Source: Pseudomonadota bacterium (GTDB taxonomy: Bacteria; Pseudomonadota; Alphaproteobacteria; Rhizobiales; JAKSCL01). From it: DNA of 64,000 nt. The notes under the pieces are model-generated. The model saw only the letters and a list, made by a program, of their open reading frames with translations. It ran no database searches and was not told the DNA's origin. A program made the translations under genes and the position numbers. The stretch's first letter is position 1; the number at the start of each line of letters is the position of its first letter. Location: contig JBCCMK010000003.1 in the NCBI GenBank assembly GCA_039026395.1, forward strand, positions 23,899 to 87,898, given 5' to 3'. Of this stretch, positions 1 through 9,419 are shown piece after piece.

Positions 1-80
1 TCACTTTGGCGATGCGTTCGCCGGATTTCTCTGCGGTTTTTTGTGACGTGGTCATGTGCGCTGCCGTACAAGATTGCGCG

Positions 81-527
81 ATGACGGACAATCTATTCAT
101 GCAGCAGGCGTTAGGCCTCGCCCGGAAGGCCGCTACGGCGAACGAGGTACCAGTCGGCGCGGTTGTCGTTCGTGATGGCGCCGTCTTGGCGACCGGGCAT
201 AATCTGACGGTGGCCACTCATGATCCGACCGCGCACGCGGAGATCGTTGCGATCCGAGCGGCCTGTAAAGCGCTCGGCACGGACCGCCTGCCGGGTTGCG
301 ATCTCTACGTGACGCTTGAACCCTGTGCCATGTGCGCGGGAGCGATCTCTTTCGCGCGCATCAGGCGGCTCTATTTTGGAGCGGCTGATCCAAAAGGCGG
401 GGCAGTTGAACACGGCGCTCGGTTTTTTCATCAGCCAACGTGCCACCATTCGCCTGAAATCTATGGCGGGATCGGCGAGATCGAGGCCGCGCGCTTGCTC
501 ACTGAATTCTTCGCGGCACGCCGGTAG
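81..527 (+). CDS. tadA: tRNA-specific adenosine deaminase (CMP/dCMP deaminase zinc-binding fold)
   Basis: ORF 6..527. It has the HAE catalytic/zinc motif (PTAHAEIVAIR) and PCAMCAGA. The homolog-like N-terminus MTDNLFMQQALGLA favours the ATG at 81 over the ORF-track start at 6. Confidence 0.85.
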   Translation: MTDNLFMQQALGLARKAATANEVPVGAVVVRDGAVLATGHNLTVATHDPTAHAEIVAIRAACKALGTDRLPGCDLYVTLEPCAMCAGAISFARIRRLYFGAADPKGGAVEHGARFFHQPTCHHSPEIYGGIGEIEAARLLTEFFAARR

Positions 528-538
528 GCCTTCAAACT

Positions 539-955
539 ATGCTGGTGCTCGTTGGTCTCTTCTTCGGCGCGTTTCTGGCCGCGACCGTGTTGCCGTTTTC
601 GTCGGAGGTCATGCTCGCCTCCGCCGTTCGCGCGGGCGAAATACCGGTTTGGCTTCTGGTTACGGTCGCGGCGGTTGGAAACATTTTGGGCGCTGTCGTA
701 AACTGGGTTCTCGGCCGCTTTCTCCTTCGATTTCGGGAGCGTCGCTGGTTTCCGTTCTCGCCTGATCAACTCGAAAAAGCATCTGACCGGTTCCGTCGCT
801 TCGGCGTCTGGTCGCTTCTCTTGTCCTGGGTGCCGATTATTGGTGACCCGCTGACGTTTGCGGCAGGCGTTTTAAATGTCCGCTTTGCCTTGTTCTTGGT
901 CCTGGTCGCGATCGGCAAAACCGCGCGCTACGTGGCTGTTGGCCTTGCCTTTTGA
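539..955 (+). CDS. YqaA/DedA-related small inner-membrane protein
   Basis: 138-aa ORF with about 4 hydrophobic helices. The LPFSSE ... GDPLTFAAG pattern matches YqaA-type DedA-family proteins from memory. Confidence 0.65.
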   Translation: MLVLVGLFFGAFLAATVLPFSSEVMLASAVRAGEIPVWLLVTVAAVGNILGAVVNWVLGRFLLRFRERRWFPFSPDQLEKASDRFRRFGVWSLLLSWVPIIGDPLTFAAGVLNVRFALFLVLVAIGKTARYVAVGLAF

Positions 956-1803
956 AGCTCGGCCGGACCCTTTGCCCAAGCCGAAAGTGCGGTGTCCAAT
1001 TCGCGCCGCAACGCGTCCTTTGAGGCGTCCGCGCTTTTGAAAATCGCCATCACCTTGAAGAAATCGAGTACGCGGAAAATGTCGATATTGGGCCGGATCA
1101 GTATGTCGGCGGGCGCCTGTTTGAGTTTTTCCGACGCGATCGACTGCATCAAAAGCTGGGTCGCGCCGAAGATCGACTCGGTGTTGTTGGGGATCGTCGG
1201 TGGCGCGCCCTTTGGCCCGCCGACCACGTCCACCGCGATCACGATATCGGCGTGTGGCCGTGCTTGATCAATGGGAAGCGGGTTAACCGCGCCGCCATCA
1301 ATCAGCACACGGTCTTCGCGCAGAACAGGCTTGAACAGAACTGGGATCGCAATGGAGCCGGAGATTGCCGAGCGCACATTGCCGGTTTTGATGACCGCCT
1401 CCGACCAGCCGTAATAATCGCACGCAACGATGGTGAGCGGGATGCCTAGACCGTCAAATGTCTCGGGGATTGTATCGGGTAGGAAAAGCTCGGTGATCGG
1501 CTCCGCGTCAAACTGCGTGAGCGTGATGCCGCCCTGAAAAAGGTCGGTGAATTTCTTCGGGCGGAGGGTCCAAAGCTTTTGGATGACCGTCGTCCGGTCA
1601 GAAAAAAGCGTTGCCGCGTATTCGCGCATCTCCTTGCCGGTCATGCCAGCGGCGTAGCCGGCACCAATGAACGCGCCAATCGAGCAGCCGGCAATGATCG
1701 ACGGTATGATGTCGAATTCGTCGAGCACTTCGATCATGGGGATGTGCGCGAGGCCTCGAGCGCCGCCTCCGCCAAGCGCTATGCCGATCCTGGGTGAGGT
1801 CAT
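928..1803 (-). CDS. patatin-like phospholipase family protein
   Basis: GGGGARG oxyanion motif, GCSIG (GxSxG) nucleophile and a DGG catalytic Asp motif. Its start overlaps the upstream stop (ATGA at 1800-1803). Confidence 0.85.
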   Translation of the reverse strand: MTSPRIGIALGGGGARGLAHIPMIEVLDEFDIIPSIIAGCSIGAFIGAGYAAGMTGKEMREYAATLFSDRTTVIQKLWTLRPKKFTDLFQGGITLTQFDAEPITELFLPDTIPETFDGLGIPLTIVACDYYGWSEAVIKTGNVRSAISGSIAIPVLFKPVLREDRVLIDGGAVNPLPIDQARPHADIVIAVDVVGGPKGAPPTIPNNTESIFGATQLLMQSIASEKLKQAPADILIRPNIDIFRVLDFFKVMAIFKSADASKDALRRELDTALSAWAKGPAELQKARPTAT

Positions 1804-2888
1804 CGCGTGGCGCCAGCGCGCTCGGCAAAGCTCCAGGCTGTCTCAGCAATGGGGGCGACCTGGCTTTCGATCATCTCAGCGTTCTCGTTCGCTGCGGTAC
1901 CGTCGCGCACACGGCCAACAATGCCTTGGAAGATCGCCGCAAGCCGGAAGAAATTGTAGGCCATGTAGACATCCAGGTTTGCAATGCCACTCCGCCCCGT
2001 TCGTTCACAATACGCGCTCACATAGGTGTCGAGCGTCGGGATCGAAAGGGCATCAAGGTCGCAACCTTTCAGCGATCCAACACCAGAGCCGTCTTCAGAG
2101 ATCGGCATCACCCATTGCATGCAATGATAGGTGAAGTCGGCGAGCGGATCGCCGAGCGTGGAGAGTTCCCAGTCGACGACTGCAAGGATCTCGGGGCGGT
2201 CGCGGTGCAGGATCATATTGTCCAATCGATAATCACCGTGAACGATGGATATCCCATCGCTCTGAGGCGCGACCGTCGGCAGCCACTCCATCAGTCGGTT
2301 CATGGCATTGATGTCCGAGGTTTCAGACGCGCGGTATTGCTTTGACCATCGTCCGATCTGCCGAGCGACATAGCCTTCGGCGCGACCGAAATCCTCAAGG
2401 CCAAGCGCCTTTGGATCGAGCCCGTGAAGTGTCGCAAGTGCGGCGTTCATCGCGTCATAGATCGCGGCTCGATTTTCAACCGTTTCGCCCGGGCAGTGCG
2501 GCTCCCAAATGACGCGACCGTCGAGATGTTCCATGACATAGAACATGCTTCCAATCACCGTCAGATCCTCGCAGAGCGCGTAGACCCGCGGCACCGGAAA
2601 TGGCGTATCGGCAAGCGCGCGCATGACGCGATATTCGCGGTCGACGGCATGCGCGGACGGCAGAAGGTCGCCGGGTGGCTTGCGGCGGAGAACGTAGCGA
2701 CCGGATGCGGCTTCGATCAGAAATGTCGGGTTCGATTGCCCGCCTTTGAACTGCGAAACGCTGCACGGTCCTTGGAAGCCATCGACGGCTTCTTTGAGGT
2801 ATGTTGTCAGCCTTTCGACACTGAACGCGACACCTTCGGAGACGGGGCGTGTTCCAGAGAAGGCCGCTTGGCGATCGAGCTTTGCCAT
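1800..2888 (-). CDS. phosphotransferase family protein (APH / ACAD10-type kinase fold)
   Basis: Catalytic loop HGDYRLDNMI, a downstream VVDWELS motif, and the N-terminal FKGGQSNPTF segment typical of this family. Confidence 0.8.
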   Translation of the reverse strand: MAKLDRQAAFSGTRPVSEGVAFSVERLTTYLKEAVDGFQGPCSVSQFKGGQSNPTFLIEAASGRYVLRRKPPGDLLPSAHAVDREYRVMRALADTPFPVPRVYALCEDLTVIGSMFYVMEHLDGRVIWEPHCPGETVENRAAIYDAMNAALATLHGLDPKALGLEDFGRAEGYVARQIGRWSKQYRASETSDINAMNRLMEWLPTVAPQSDGISIVHGDYRLDNMILHRDRPEILAVVDWELSTLGDPLADFTYHCMQWVMPISEDGSGVGSLKGCDLDALSIPTLDTYVSAYCERTGRSGIANLDVYMAYNFFRLAAIFQGIVGRVRDGTAANENAEMIESQVAPIAETAWSFAERAGATR

Positions 2889-2889
2889 A

Positions 2890-4161
2890 TCAATCAGATC
2901 GATCGACGGCGCGCCAACCTATGTCGCGTCGACAGAAGCCGCCGTCCCAGGCGATCTGGTCGACCGCTTTGTAGGCTCGTCTCTGGGCATCCTCGATCGT
3001 GTGACCAAGCGCCGTGACTCCCAAAACACGCCCGCCACTGCTCACCAAAGCACCGTCTTTCACCTCGGTGCCCGCGTGAAAAACTGTTACCGCGCTGGAA
3101 TCGAGATGATCGGTGGATGGCAGGGGCACGCCCTTTTCGTAGCTGCCGGGGTACCCCTTGCTCGCGACAACCACGGTCAGGGCGGATTGCTCTTGCAGCC
3201 GGACGTCGGCTGCTCGGAGTTTGCCCTCAGCGACCGACTTCAAGACCGGAACGATATCTTGATCGAGACGCATCATGAGGGCTTGGCACTCGGGGTCTCC
3301 GAAACGGACATTATATTCTATCAACATCGGACCGGTCTCAGTCAGCATGAGCCCAGCGTAGAGCACGCCCTTGAAGGGTGTGTCGCGCTCGCGCATCGCA
3401 TCCAGTGTTGGCGCAATGATTTCATCCATGACCTGGGTTTTGAGGGCGTTCGTCAAAATCGGTGCTGGAGAATAGGCCCCCATGCCGCCCGTGTTAGGCC
3501 CTTTGTCGCCATCATGGGCGCGCTTGTGGTCTTGAGCAGAGCCGAAATAGACGGTCTCTGTTCCGTCTGTCAGTACGAAGACTGAGACTTCCTCGCCGAC
3601 CAAAAAATCCTCGGCAACGACTTTAGCGCCGTCGCCATCATAGAGGCCGCTGAAAAGGTCATCGATTGCTTCCTCTGCCTCGGCGAGCGTCTCGGCGATT
3701 ACAACGCCTTTCCCCGCCGCGAGGCCATCCGCCTTCAGAACGACAGGGAAATCGCCGCTCGCGAGGCGTTCTTTCGCGAAGGCCGCTTCATCATAGGTTG
3801 CATAAGCTGCGGTCGGGATGTTTTTCTGAGCGCAGAGCGCCTTCGTAAAGTCCTTAGACGTTTCCAATTGAGCCGCCGCCTTGCTCGGCCCAAAAACAAG
3901 AATACCTGATGCCTCAAGACTATCGGCGATCCCCTCCGCCAATGGCGCCTCCGGTCCAACGACAACGAGGTCGATGGCTTTTTGAGCACAAAACATGGAA
4001 ACGGCCCGGTGGTCGCTGATGTTTAAATCCGTCCTCTCCGCGACGGACGCCATACCCGCGTTTCCAGGCGCGACGTAGAGCGTGTCGACCAGCGGAGATT
4101 TTGATATGGCCCAGGCGAGGGCGTGTTCTCGGCCGCCCGATCCGATTAGGAGGAGGTTCAT
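2890..4161 (-). CDS. purD: phosphoribosylamine--glycine ligase
   Basis: N-terminus MNLLLIGSGGREHALAW, an ATP-grasp core and C-terminal GGRVLGVTA. The ATG at 4161 is preferred to the ORF-track start at 4236. Confidence 0.95.
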   Translation of the reverse strand: MNLLLIGSGGREHALAWAISKSPLVDTLYVAPGNAGMASVAERTDLNISDHRAVSMFCAQKAIDLVVVGPEAPLAEGIADSLEASGILVFGPSKAAAQLETSKDFTKALCAQKNIPTAAYATYDEAAFAKERLASGDFPVVLKADGLAAGKGVVIAETLAEAEEAIDDLFSGLYDGDGAKVVAEDFLVGEEVSVFVLTDGTETVYFGSAQDHKRAHDGDKGPNTGGMGAYSPAPILTNALKTQVMDEIIAPTLDAMRERDTPFKGVLYAGLMLTETGPMLIEYNVRFGDPECQALMMRLDQDIVPVLKSVAEGKLRAADVRLQEQSALTVVVASKGYPGSYEKGVPLPSTDHLDSSAVTVFHAGTEVKDGALVSSGGRVLGVTALGHTIEDAQRRAYKAVDQIAWDGGFCRRDIGWRAVDRSD

Positions 4162-4239
4162 CTCACTCGTTCTTGCTTGTGGGTGTCGGCCCGACAAGGG
4201 TCGACGACCATGTTGAGAGCGCTGTACCATTAACACAGG

Positions 4240-5787
4240 ATGATCACAAACACTTCAAACGTTGCCGAATACACGGTCTCAGAAGTCTCGCAGGCGGTTA
4301 AACGCTCGATCGAGGACACTTTTTCTTTCGTTCGCGTTCGCGGCGAACTGGGGCGGGTATCGCGACCCGGGTCGGGGCATATCTACCTTGATTTGAAGGA
4401 TGATCGCGCGGTCCTGTCCGGGGTGATCTGGAAAGGAAATGCCGCCCGCATGCAGATCGAGCCCGAGCAGGGGCTTGAGGTCATCGCGACAGGGCGTCTG
4501 ACCACGTTTCCCGGCCAATCCCGATATCAGATCGTTATAGAGACGCTTGAGCCTGCCGGTCTCGGCGCGCTCATGGCGTTGCTTGAAGAGCGGAAGAAGA
4601 AGCTCGGCGCCGAGGGTCTATTCGACCCAGACCGCAAACAACTGATTCCGTATTTGCCGCGCGTCATTGGCGTTGTGACGTCGCCGACGGGGGCCGTGAT
4701 CCGGGACATTATGCACCGGCTAAACGACCGCTTTCCGACGCATGTTCTGGTTTGGCCGGTGCGGGTGCAGGGGGATCAAAGTGCAGATGAGGTGACTGCG
4801 GCGATCCGAGGGTTCAATGCGCTCGATCCCGACGGGGACATTCCAAGGCCCGATCTTTTGATTGTCGCGCGGGGTGGCGGAAGCCTTGAAGATCTGTGGT
4901 CCTTCAATGAGGAGCGTGTGGTGCGCGCCGCCGCAGAAAGCGATATTCCGTTGATTTCTGCAATTGGTCACGAAACCGATTGGACGCTTTTGGATTTCGT
5001 CGCGGATGAACGCGCGCCGACCCCAACCGCGGCTGCTGAGCGGGCAGTACCGGTGCGGGCGGATTTGATCGCTGCCCTCAACGATAATGGCGCGCGCCTC
5101 AGAACGAGCGCGTTTCGCCTCATCGAGGCCCGTCGTGCAGCGCTTCGATCGGCTGAGCGAGGTTTGCCACGGCTTCAGGACCTCGTAGCCTTGCCGCGTC
5201 AGGCGCTCGATTACGCGAGCGCTAGCCTTTTACGGGCCCTCTCAGCCGGCGTCACGCGGCGTCGGATGACGTTTAACGCGTCGCGGGACCGCCTTGGCCC
5301 GCAAGTCCTTCGGATGCCGATCCAGACCCGGAGATCTGCGCTGAGTGTGGCGATAGAACGGCTCGGCAACAGTCTTTCGGGCCGTGCACGACTGGCGAAA
5401 GATCGCCTCTTAGAATCGGGCAACCGTCTGAAACTTGCCTCGCCGGCTTCGAAGCTGCGTCTCTCTGGATCGTCGCTTCAAGCTGTCTCCGACCGCCTCC
5501 ACCCGGCGATCAGCAACCGCATGAAGCGGCAGGAGCAGCTGTTGCAGTCACGCGCAGCGCTTCTCGATGCCTACTCCCATCAAGGCGTTTTGCAACGCGG
5601 CTTCGCGCTTGTCAGAGACCGGGACGGAAAGCTCGTGCGAACCGTGGGTGCGGCCAAAACGGCTGAGACCGTGTCGCTTACGTTCTCCGACGGCACGGTT
5701 GATGCCGCTATCGGTAAGGCGGAAGCGCCGCGGGCGAAGCGAGCAAAAAAAGCCACCAAACAGGGTTCGCTGTTCGAAGAGACGTAA
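4240..5787 (+). CDS. xseA: exodeoxyribonuclease VII large subunit
   Basis: 515-aa ORF with an N-terminal OB-fold (VRGELG..GHIYLDLKD), ARGGGSLEDLWSFNEE and SAIGHETD motifs, and a long coiled C-terminus. Confidence 0.9.
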   Translation: MITNTSNVAEYTVSEVSQAVKRSIEDTFSFVRVRGELGRVSRPGSGHIYLDLKDDRAVLSGVIWKGNAARMQIEPEQGLEVIATGRLTTFPGQSRYQIVIETLEPAGLGALMALLEERKKKLGAEGLFDPDRKQLIPYLPRVIGVVTSPTGAVIRDIMHRLNDRFPTHVLVWPVRVQGDQSADEVTAAIRGFNALDPDGDIPRPDLLIVARGGGSLEDLWSFNEERVVRAAAESDIPLISAIGHETDWTLLDFVADERAPTPTAAAERAVPVRADLIAALNDNGARLRTSAFRLIEARRAALRSAERGLPRLQDLVALPRQALDYASASLLRALSAGVTRRRMTFNASRDRLGPQVLRMPIQTRRSALSVAIERLGNSLSGRARLAKDRLLESGNRLKLASPASKLRLSGSSLQAVSDRLHPAISNRMKRQEQLLQSRAALLDAYSHQGVLQRGFALVRDRDGKLVRTVGAAKTAETVSLTFSDGTVDAAIGKAEAPRAKRAKKATKQGSLFEET

Positions 5788-5909
5788 GGGCTCCCACCTC
5801 CGGTTTTTAACGAAGGGACAATGGTCCGGGTGGCCGGAGCGAGCGGATGGGGCTAGCGTTTCGGTCGATTTCACGATAGGTGGAGCCAACGCGTTCTCAT
5901 GGTGATGCG

Positions 5910-6131
5910 ATGAACAGGTTCCAGTCTGGGTTGCGACCCGCCAAGGAAGCCAAGCTCGACTACCTCCCGGCCGACTATCACGTCGTGTCGCCGGGTTCCT
6001 ATGTGCGCTGCGCTGTGACCGGAGTGCCGATCCCACTTGATGAGCTGAAATATTGGTCGGTCGAGCTTCAAGAAGCTTACGTCAACCCGGACGCCGTGGT
6101 TAAACGGCTCAACGAACTCGGTCGCGTTTAA
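5910..6131 (+). CDS. DUF2093 domain-containing protein
   Basis: Small ORF with the CAVTGVPIPLDELKYWSVELQEAY signature I associate with DUF2093, which is conserved next to lpxK in alphaproteobacteria. The start at MNRFQ is preferred. Confidence 0.6.
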   Translation: MNRFQSGLRPAKEAKLDYLPADYHVVSPGSYVRCAVTGVPIPLDELKYWSVELQEAYVNPDAVVKRLNELGRV

Positions 6132-7158
6132 GCGCCTCATTTGTAACAATCCGGTCAAGGATGAAACGCGTCACCGCTTGCGGGCGTTCAAACTCGGCCT
6201 CGAGTTCGAGTGTGTAAAGCTTCTCTCTGAACCCGGTTGGGAGCGGCATGCCACCCAAACGGACGGCGTCTTTCGCTGTTGTAATGAGCGCGAGGCCATC
6301 TTTTTCGGCGCTGGCCTCAAGTTTTTTCAAGTCGTTTGGCGAGAACCGATGGTGATCTGGAAACGCGGTCTTTTTCGCGACGCGATATCCGTCGCGACTG
6401 AGTTGGTCGAAAAATTTATCCGGTCGGCCAATTCCACAAAAGGCATGAAATGTCCGAGCGTCACCGTCTTGGCCATCGAACTTAAGCAGTTTTGTCGTCG
6501 GCCGTGCATAGAACGCAGGGGTGTCATCATTGCCGACTTTACTGCCATCGCCATTGATCGCACCGTAGCTCACAATGCAGTCGATCGTTTCCATCTGATC
6601 TGACACGGGCGCACGGAGAGGACCCGCAGGAACGCACCTGCCATTCCCAACACCGACATCCGAATCAACGACGGCAATCGCAATCGTCTTGGCAAGGCCC
6701 GGCGATTGGAGGCCGTCATCCATGATAACGACGTCCGGTTTTTCCTCAAGTGACGCTATGAGGCTCAACGCGTCCACACGTTTGCGTGCGACAATCGTTG
6801 GTGCGGATGCCGCGAGAAGCAGCGGTTCGTCGCCGATATCCGCCGCTGTGTGAGCTTGATGGTCGACGAGAACAGGCCCTTTTTCATGTCCGCCATGCCC
6901 GCGCGACAGGAAAACAACACGCCGATCATGCGCTTTGAGCAGCTTTTCAATGGCGAGAGCGATCGGCGTTTTGCCAGCCCCGCCAGCAGTCAGATTGCCG
7001 ACGCAGATCACAGGCACCGGCGCTGTGGCGATCGGCGGCTTTCGCATGCGCATCGCGGTTGCGGCGCCGTAGATGGAGCCGAACGGCGAGAGGGTAGAGC
7101 CCAACGCGCGCTGAACGATCGACGGACGAGACACGTACCAAAAGCCGGGCGTCTTCAA
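6109..7158 (-). CDS. lpxK: tetraacyldisaccharide 4'-kinase
   Basis: P-loop VGNLTAGGAGKTP with the length and synteny of LpxK, immediately downstream of waaA. Confidence 0.9.
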   Translation of the reverse strand: MKTPGFWYVSRPSIVQRALGSTLSPFGSIYGAATAMRMRKPPIATAPVPVICVGNLTAGGAGKTPIALAIEKLLKAHDRRVVFLSRGHGGHEKGPVLVDHQAHTAADIGDEPLLLAASAPTIVARKRVDALSLIASLEEKPDVVIMDDGLQSPGLAKTIAIAVVDSDVGVGNGRCVPAGPLRAPVSDQMETIDCIVSYGAINGDGSKVGNDDTPAFYARPTTKLLKFDGQDGDARTFHAFCGIGRPDKFFDQLSRDGYRVAKKTAFPDHHRFSPNDLKKLEASAEKDGLALITTAKDAVRLGGMPLPTGFREKLYTLELEAEFERPQAVTRFILDRIVTNEALKRDRVR

Positions 7159-8507
7159 GCATCAGCCCCGTGATAGAGCGGCATGAGTTCGGTAAGCGTG
7201 CGCTCCGTTGCGCCAGTCAGCGCCATGGCGGCGTTCCATGCGCTTTCTGCTAGTGTCTCAGCGGCTTCCGGGTCTCTCAAAAGCGTGGCGCAGGCATCTG
7301 CGATCTCGTTCGATCCGCCAATCGTGATCACACCGTTCGCCGCCTTGAGTTGCCCGATGACGTCGTCGAAATAGTGTGTCGAAGGCCCGTGAATAAGCGG
7401 CACTTTCGCGAAAGCAGCTTCGATCGGGTTTTGGGCACCGCCGCCGTTGAAGCTTTTTCCCAGTATGGCAATGTCCGCGAGCGCGAGTGCAATCGGCATC
7501 TCGCCCACCGTGTCAAAAAGCCAGACGTCGCTTTCTTGGGTTGGCTGCTCGCCTTTCGAACGCGTTGAGACGTTCAGTCCGAGTTTTTCTGCTTCCTCTT
7601 TGACCATCAGCCCTCGCTCCGGGTGGCGCGGGACTGAGACACATAAGAGGCCAGGAAACTCATCTTTAAGTGACTGATAGGCCTGAAAGATCGCCGCTTC
7701 TTCACCCGGGTGCGTGCTCATACCGAGCAAGATCTTACGGTCCTTTGCCGCCTCGTATTCTGCGTCCGAAGGCGAGAGCCTCTCTCCTGAACGTGCGGCA
7801 TCATATTTGAGATTGCCCGCAGCTTTGGCGTTCTGGGCGCCCACTCGGGTAAGCCGCATTGTGTCTTGATCGGATTGTGCGACGACGGTGTCGAACTGGC
7901 TGAAAAGAGCGCTTGAGGCTTCGCTAAAGCGCTGCCATCGGCGCGCCGATCGATCGGAAAGGCGGGCGTTCACCAGCGCCATTGGAATGCCCCGCTCTTT
8001 GACCGCTCGGATCGTGTTTGGCCAAATCTCCGATTCTGCAAAGACAACCATTCGCGGGCGCCAATGGTTCAAAAACCTCTCGATTGCCGCTGGCGCATCG
8101 AGGGGCGCGAATTGGTGAAATGTGCCTTCCTGCAAGCGATTCGCGAGGATAGACGCGCTTGTCACGGTTCCGCTTGTCAGCAGAATCGAAGCGCCGGTCT
8201 CAGTGCGGAGGCGCGCAACCAGCGGCAGAAGCGCAAGCGTTTCGCCAATGCTCGCCCCGTGCATCCAGATCAGATCGCCATCAGGCCGCTCGCGGGACGC
8301 ATGCCCGAGCTTTTCGTTCAGTCGCGTCGGGTCTTCTTTTCCTCGGGCGAGCCTGCGTTTCAAAAACAAGGGAAGGAATGGTGTGGCTGCGCGCGCCGCG
8401 ACCTCATAGGTGGCCCACAGAAAAGGCGTACGTTGTTCTCGGCCAAGGCCCGAATCAAGGCCCGGATTAAGGCTTGGGGTGTCGACCATGGACAATGTCA
8501 TAGGCAT
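7155..8507 (-). CDS. waaA: 3-deoxy-D-manno-octulosonic acid (Kdo) transferase
   Basis: WMHGASIGE motif in the N-terminal Kdo-transferase domain, GT-B C-terminal half, 450 aa. The start may be a few codons downstream (MVDTPSL). Confidence 0.9.
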   Translation of the reverse strand: MPMTLSMVDTPSLNPGLDSGLGREQRTPFLWATYEVAARAATPFLPLFLKRRLARGKEDPTRLNEKLGHASRERPDGDLIWMHGASIGETLALLPLVARLRTETGASILLTSGTVTSASILANRLQEGTFHQFAPLDAPAAIERFLNHWRPRMVVFAESEIWPNTIRAVKERGIPMALVNARLSDRSARRWQRFSEASSALFSQFDTVVAQSDQDTMRLTRVGAQNAKAAGNLKYDAARSGERLSPSDAEYEAAKDRKILLGMSTHPGEEAAIFQAYQSLKDEFPGLLCVSVPRHPERGLMVKEEAEKLGLNVSTRSKGEQPTQESDVWLFDTVGEMPIALALADIAILGKSFNGGGAQNPIEAAFAKVPLIHGPSTHYFDDVIGQLKAANGVITIGGSNEIADACATLLRDPEAAETLAESAWNAAMALTGATERTLTELMPLYHGADA

Positions 8508-9171
8508 GCTCGGTTGCCGTGTCGAGACCGGCCTTTACACGCTCCTGGTAACCCGGCAACTCGTCAGAACCGAGGTCCGAGGGCACCTCAATCACTTCTC
8601 CCGCTGTCATGGCCATCCGCGAGAACGGTAAGTTTAGCGCAGCCTTATCCCAGGAATTCATAGTGATGTATCGAGAGGTGGCGACGGCGAACGGGATGAT
8701 TGGCCGCCCGGAGAGGCGCGCGAGCGTTACGATCCCCGCGCCTGCTATACGGGCCGGTCCCTTGGGTACGTCTGCCGTAAGCGCGACGGTCGCATTGTCA
8801 TCGAGCGCGCGGACCATCTCGCGGAGGGCCGCAACTGAGCCTTTTTTGTGCATCTTCTTTGCGCGCGTCGCGCCCGATCCGCGGATCAAGCCGAGCCCCA
8901 GTTTTTGCGCGGCGATCGCGTTGATTTCCCCATCGCCATGACGCGATATCAAGACGCGGACATCTTCATCCCCTCGCCGGAGGAAGGGGGTCAGGAAATG
9001 CTGGCCGTGCCACATCGCCACGATAAACGGCCAGTGCGGCATGACCCGCTCATACATGTCATCGGGCGCAATGGTGAGCTTACTGGTCGCGCGGACAAGC
9101 TTAAGGTAGCCAGCGAGACCGGCGCCGAGTGCGCGATATGTGGCCTGAGAACGCAAAACTGAAGCGGCCAT
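8467..9171 (-). CDS. DUF374 / lysophospholipid acyltransferase-like protein
   Basis: WHGQHFL..LISRHGDGEINA pattern and its conserved position upstream of waaA. Confidence 0.7.
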   Translation of the reverse strand: MAASVLRSQATYRALGAGLAGYLKLVRATSKLTIAPDDMYERVMPHWPFIVAMWHGQHFLTPFLRRGDEDVRVLISRHGDGEINAIAAQKLGLGLIRGSGATRAKKMHKKGSVAALREMVRALDDNATVALTADVPKGPARIAGAGIVTLARLSGRPIIPFAVATSRYITMNSWDKAALNLPFSRMAMTAGEVIEVPSDLGSDELPGYQERVKAGLDTATEHAYDIVHGRHPKP

Positions 9172-9191
9172 AGCGTGATGCGACGCCCCGT

Positions 9192-9419
9192 CTATTCAGG
9201 CTCAAGGAGCCGGTGCATATGGACGACGAAGTAGCGCATATGCGCATTGTCGACTGACCGTTGCGCCGCCGATTTCCAGGCATCATACGCTTTTTCGTAG
9301 TTCGGATAGATGCCGACGATATCGAGCGCCTCAAGATCACGAAAGGTGATATTGCTCACATCGTCCAATTCGCCCCCGAAGACGAGGTGAAGCAGTTGTT
9401 CTTTTTGTCCGCCGCTCAC
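9192..9419 (-). CDS. DUF4170 domain-containing protein
   Basis: 75-aa ORF. LLHLVFGGEL...DIVGIYPNY...VDNAHMRYFVVHMHRLL matches my memory of DUF4170. Confidence 0.6.
   Translation of the reverse strand: MSGGQKEQLLHLVFGGELDDVSNITFRDLEALDIVGIYPNYEKAYDAWKSAAQRSVDNAHMRYFVVHMHRLLEPE

Noticed and set aside
2746-3585. A long ORF (279 aa) antisense to purD. Similar long antisense or alternate-frame ORFs occur at 10736-11491, 14703-15440, 23774-24436, 28622-29362, 36728-37447, 37762-38427, 41526-42269 and 46702-47379.
   Set aside because: Each lies entirely inside a confidently identified gene on the other strand or in another frame. Their translations are Arg/Ser/Pro/Gly-rich low-complexity sequence without motifs. 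These are typical shadow ORFs of high-GC DNA.
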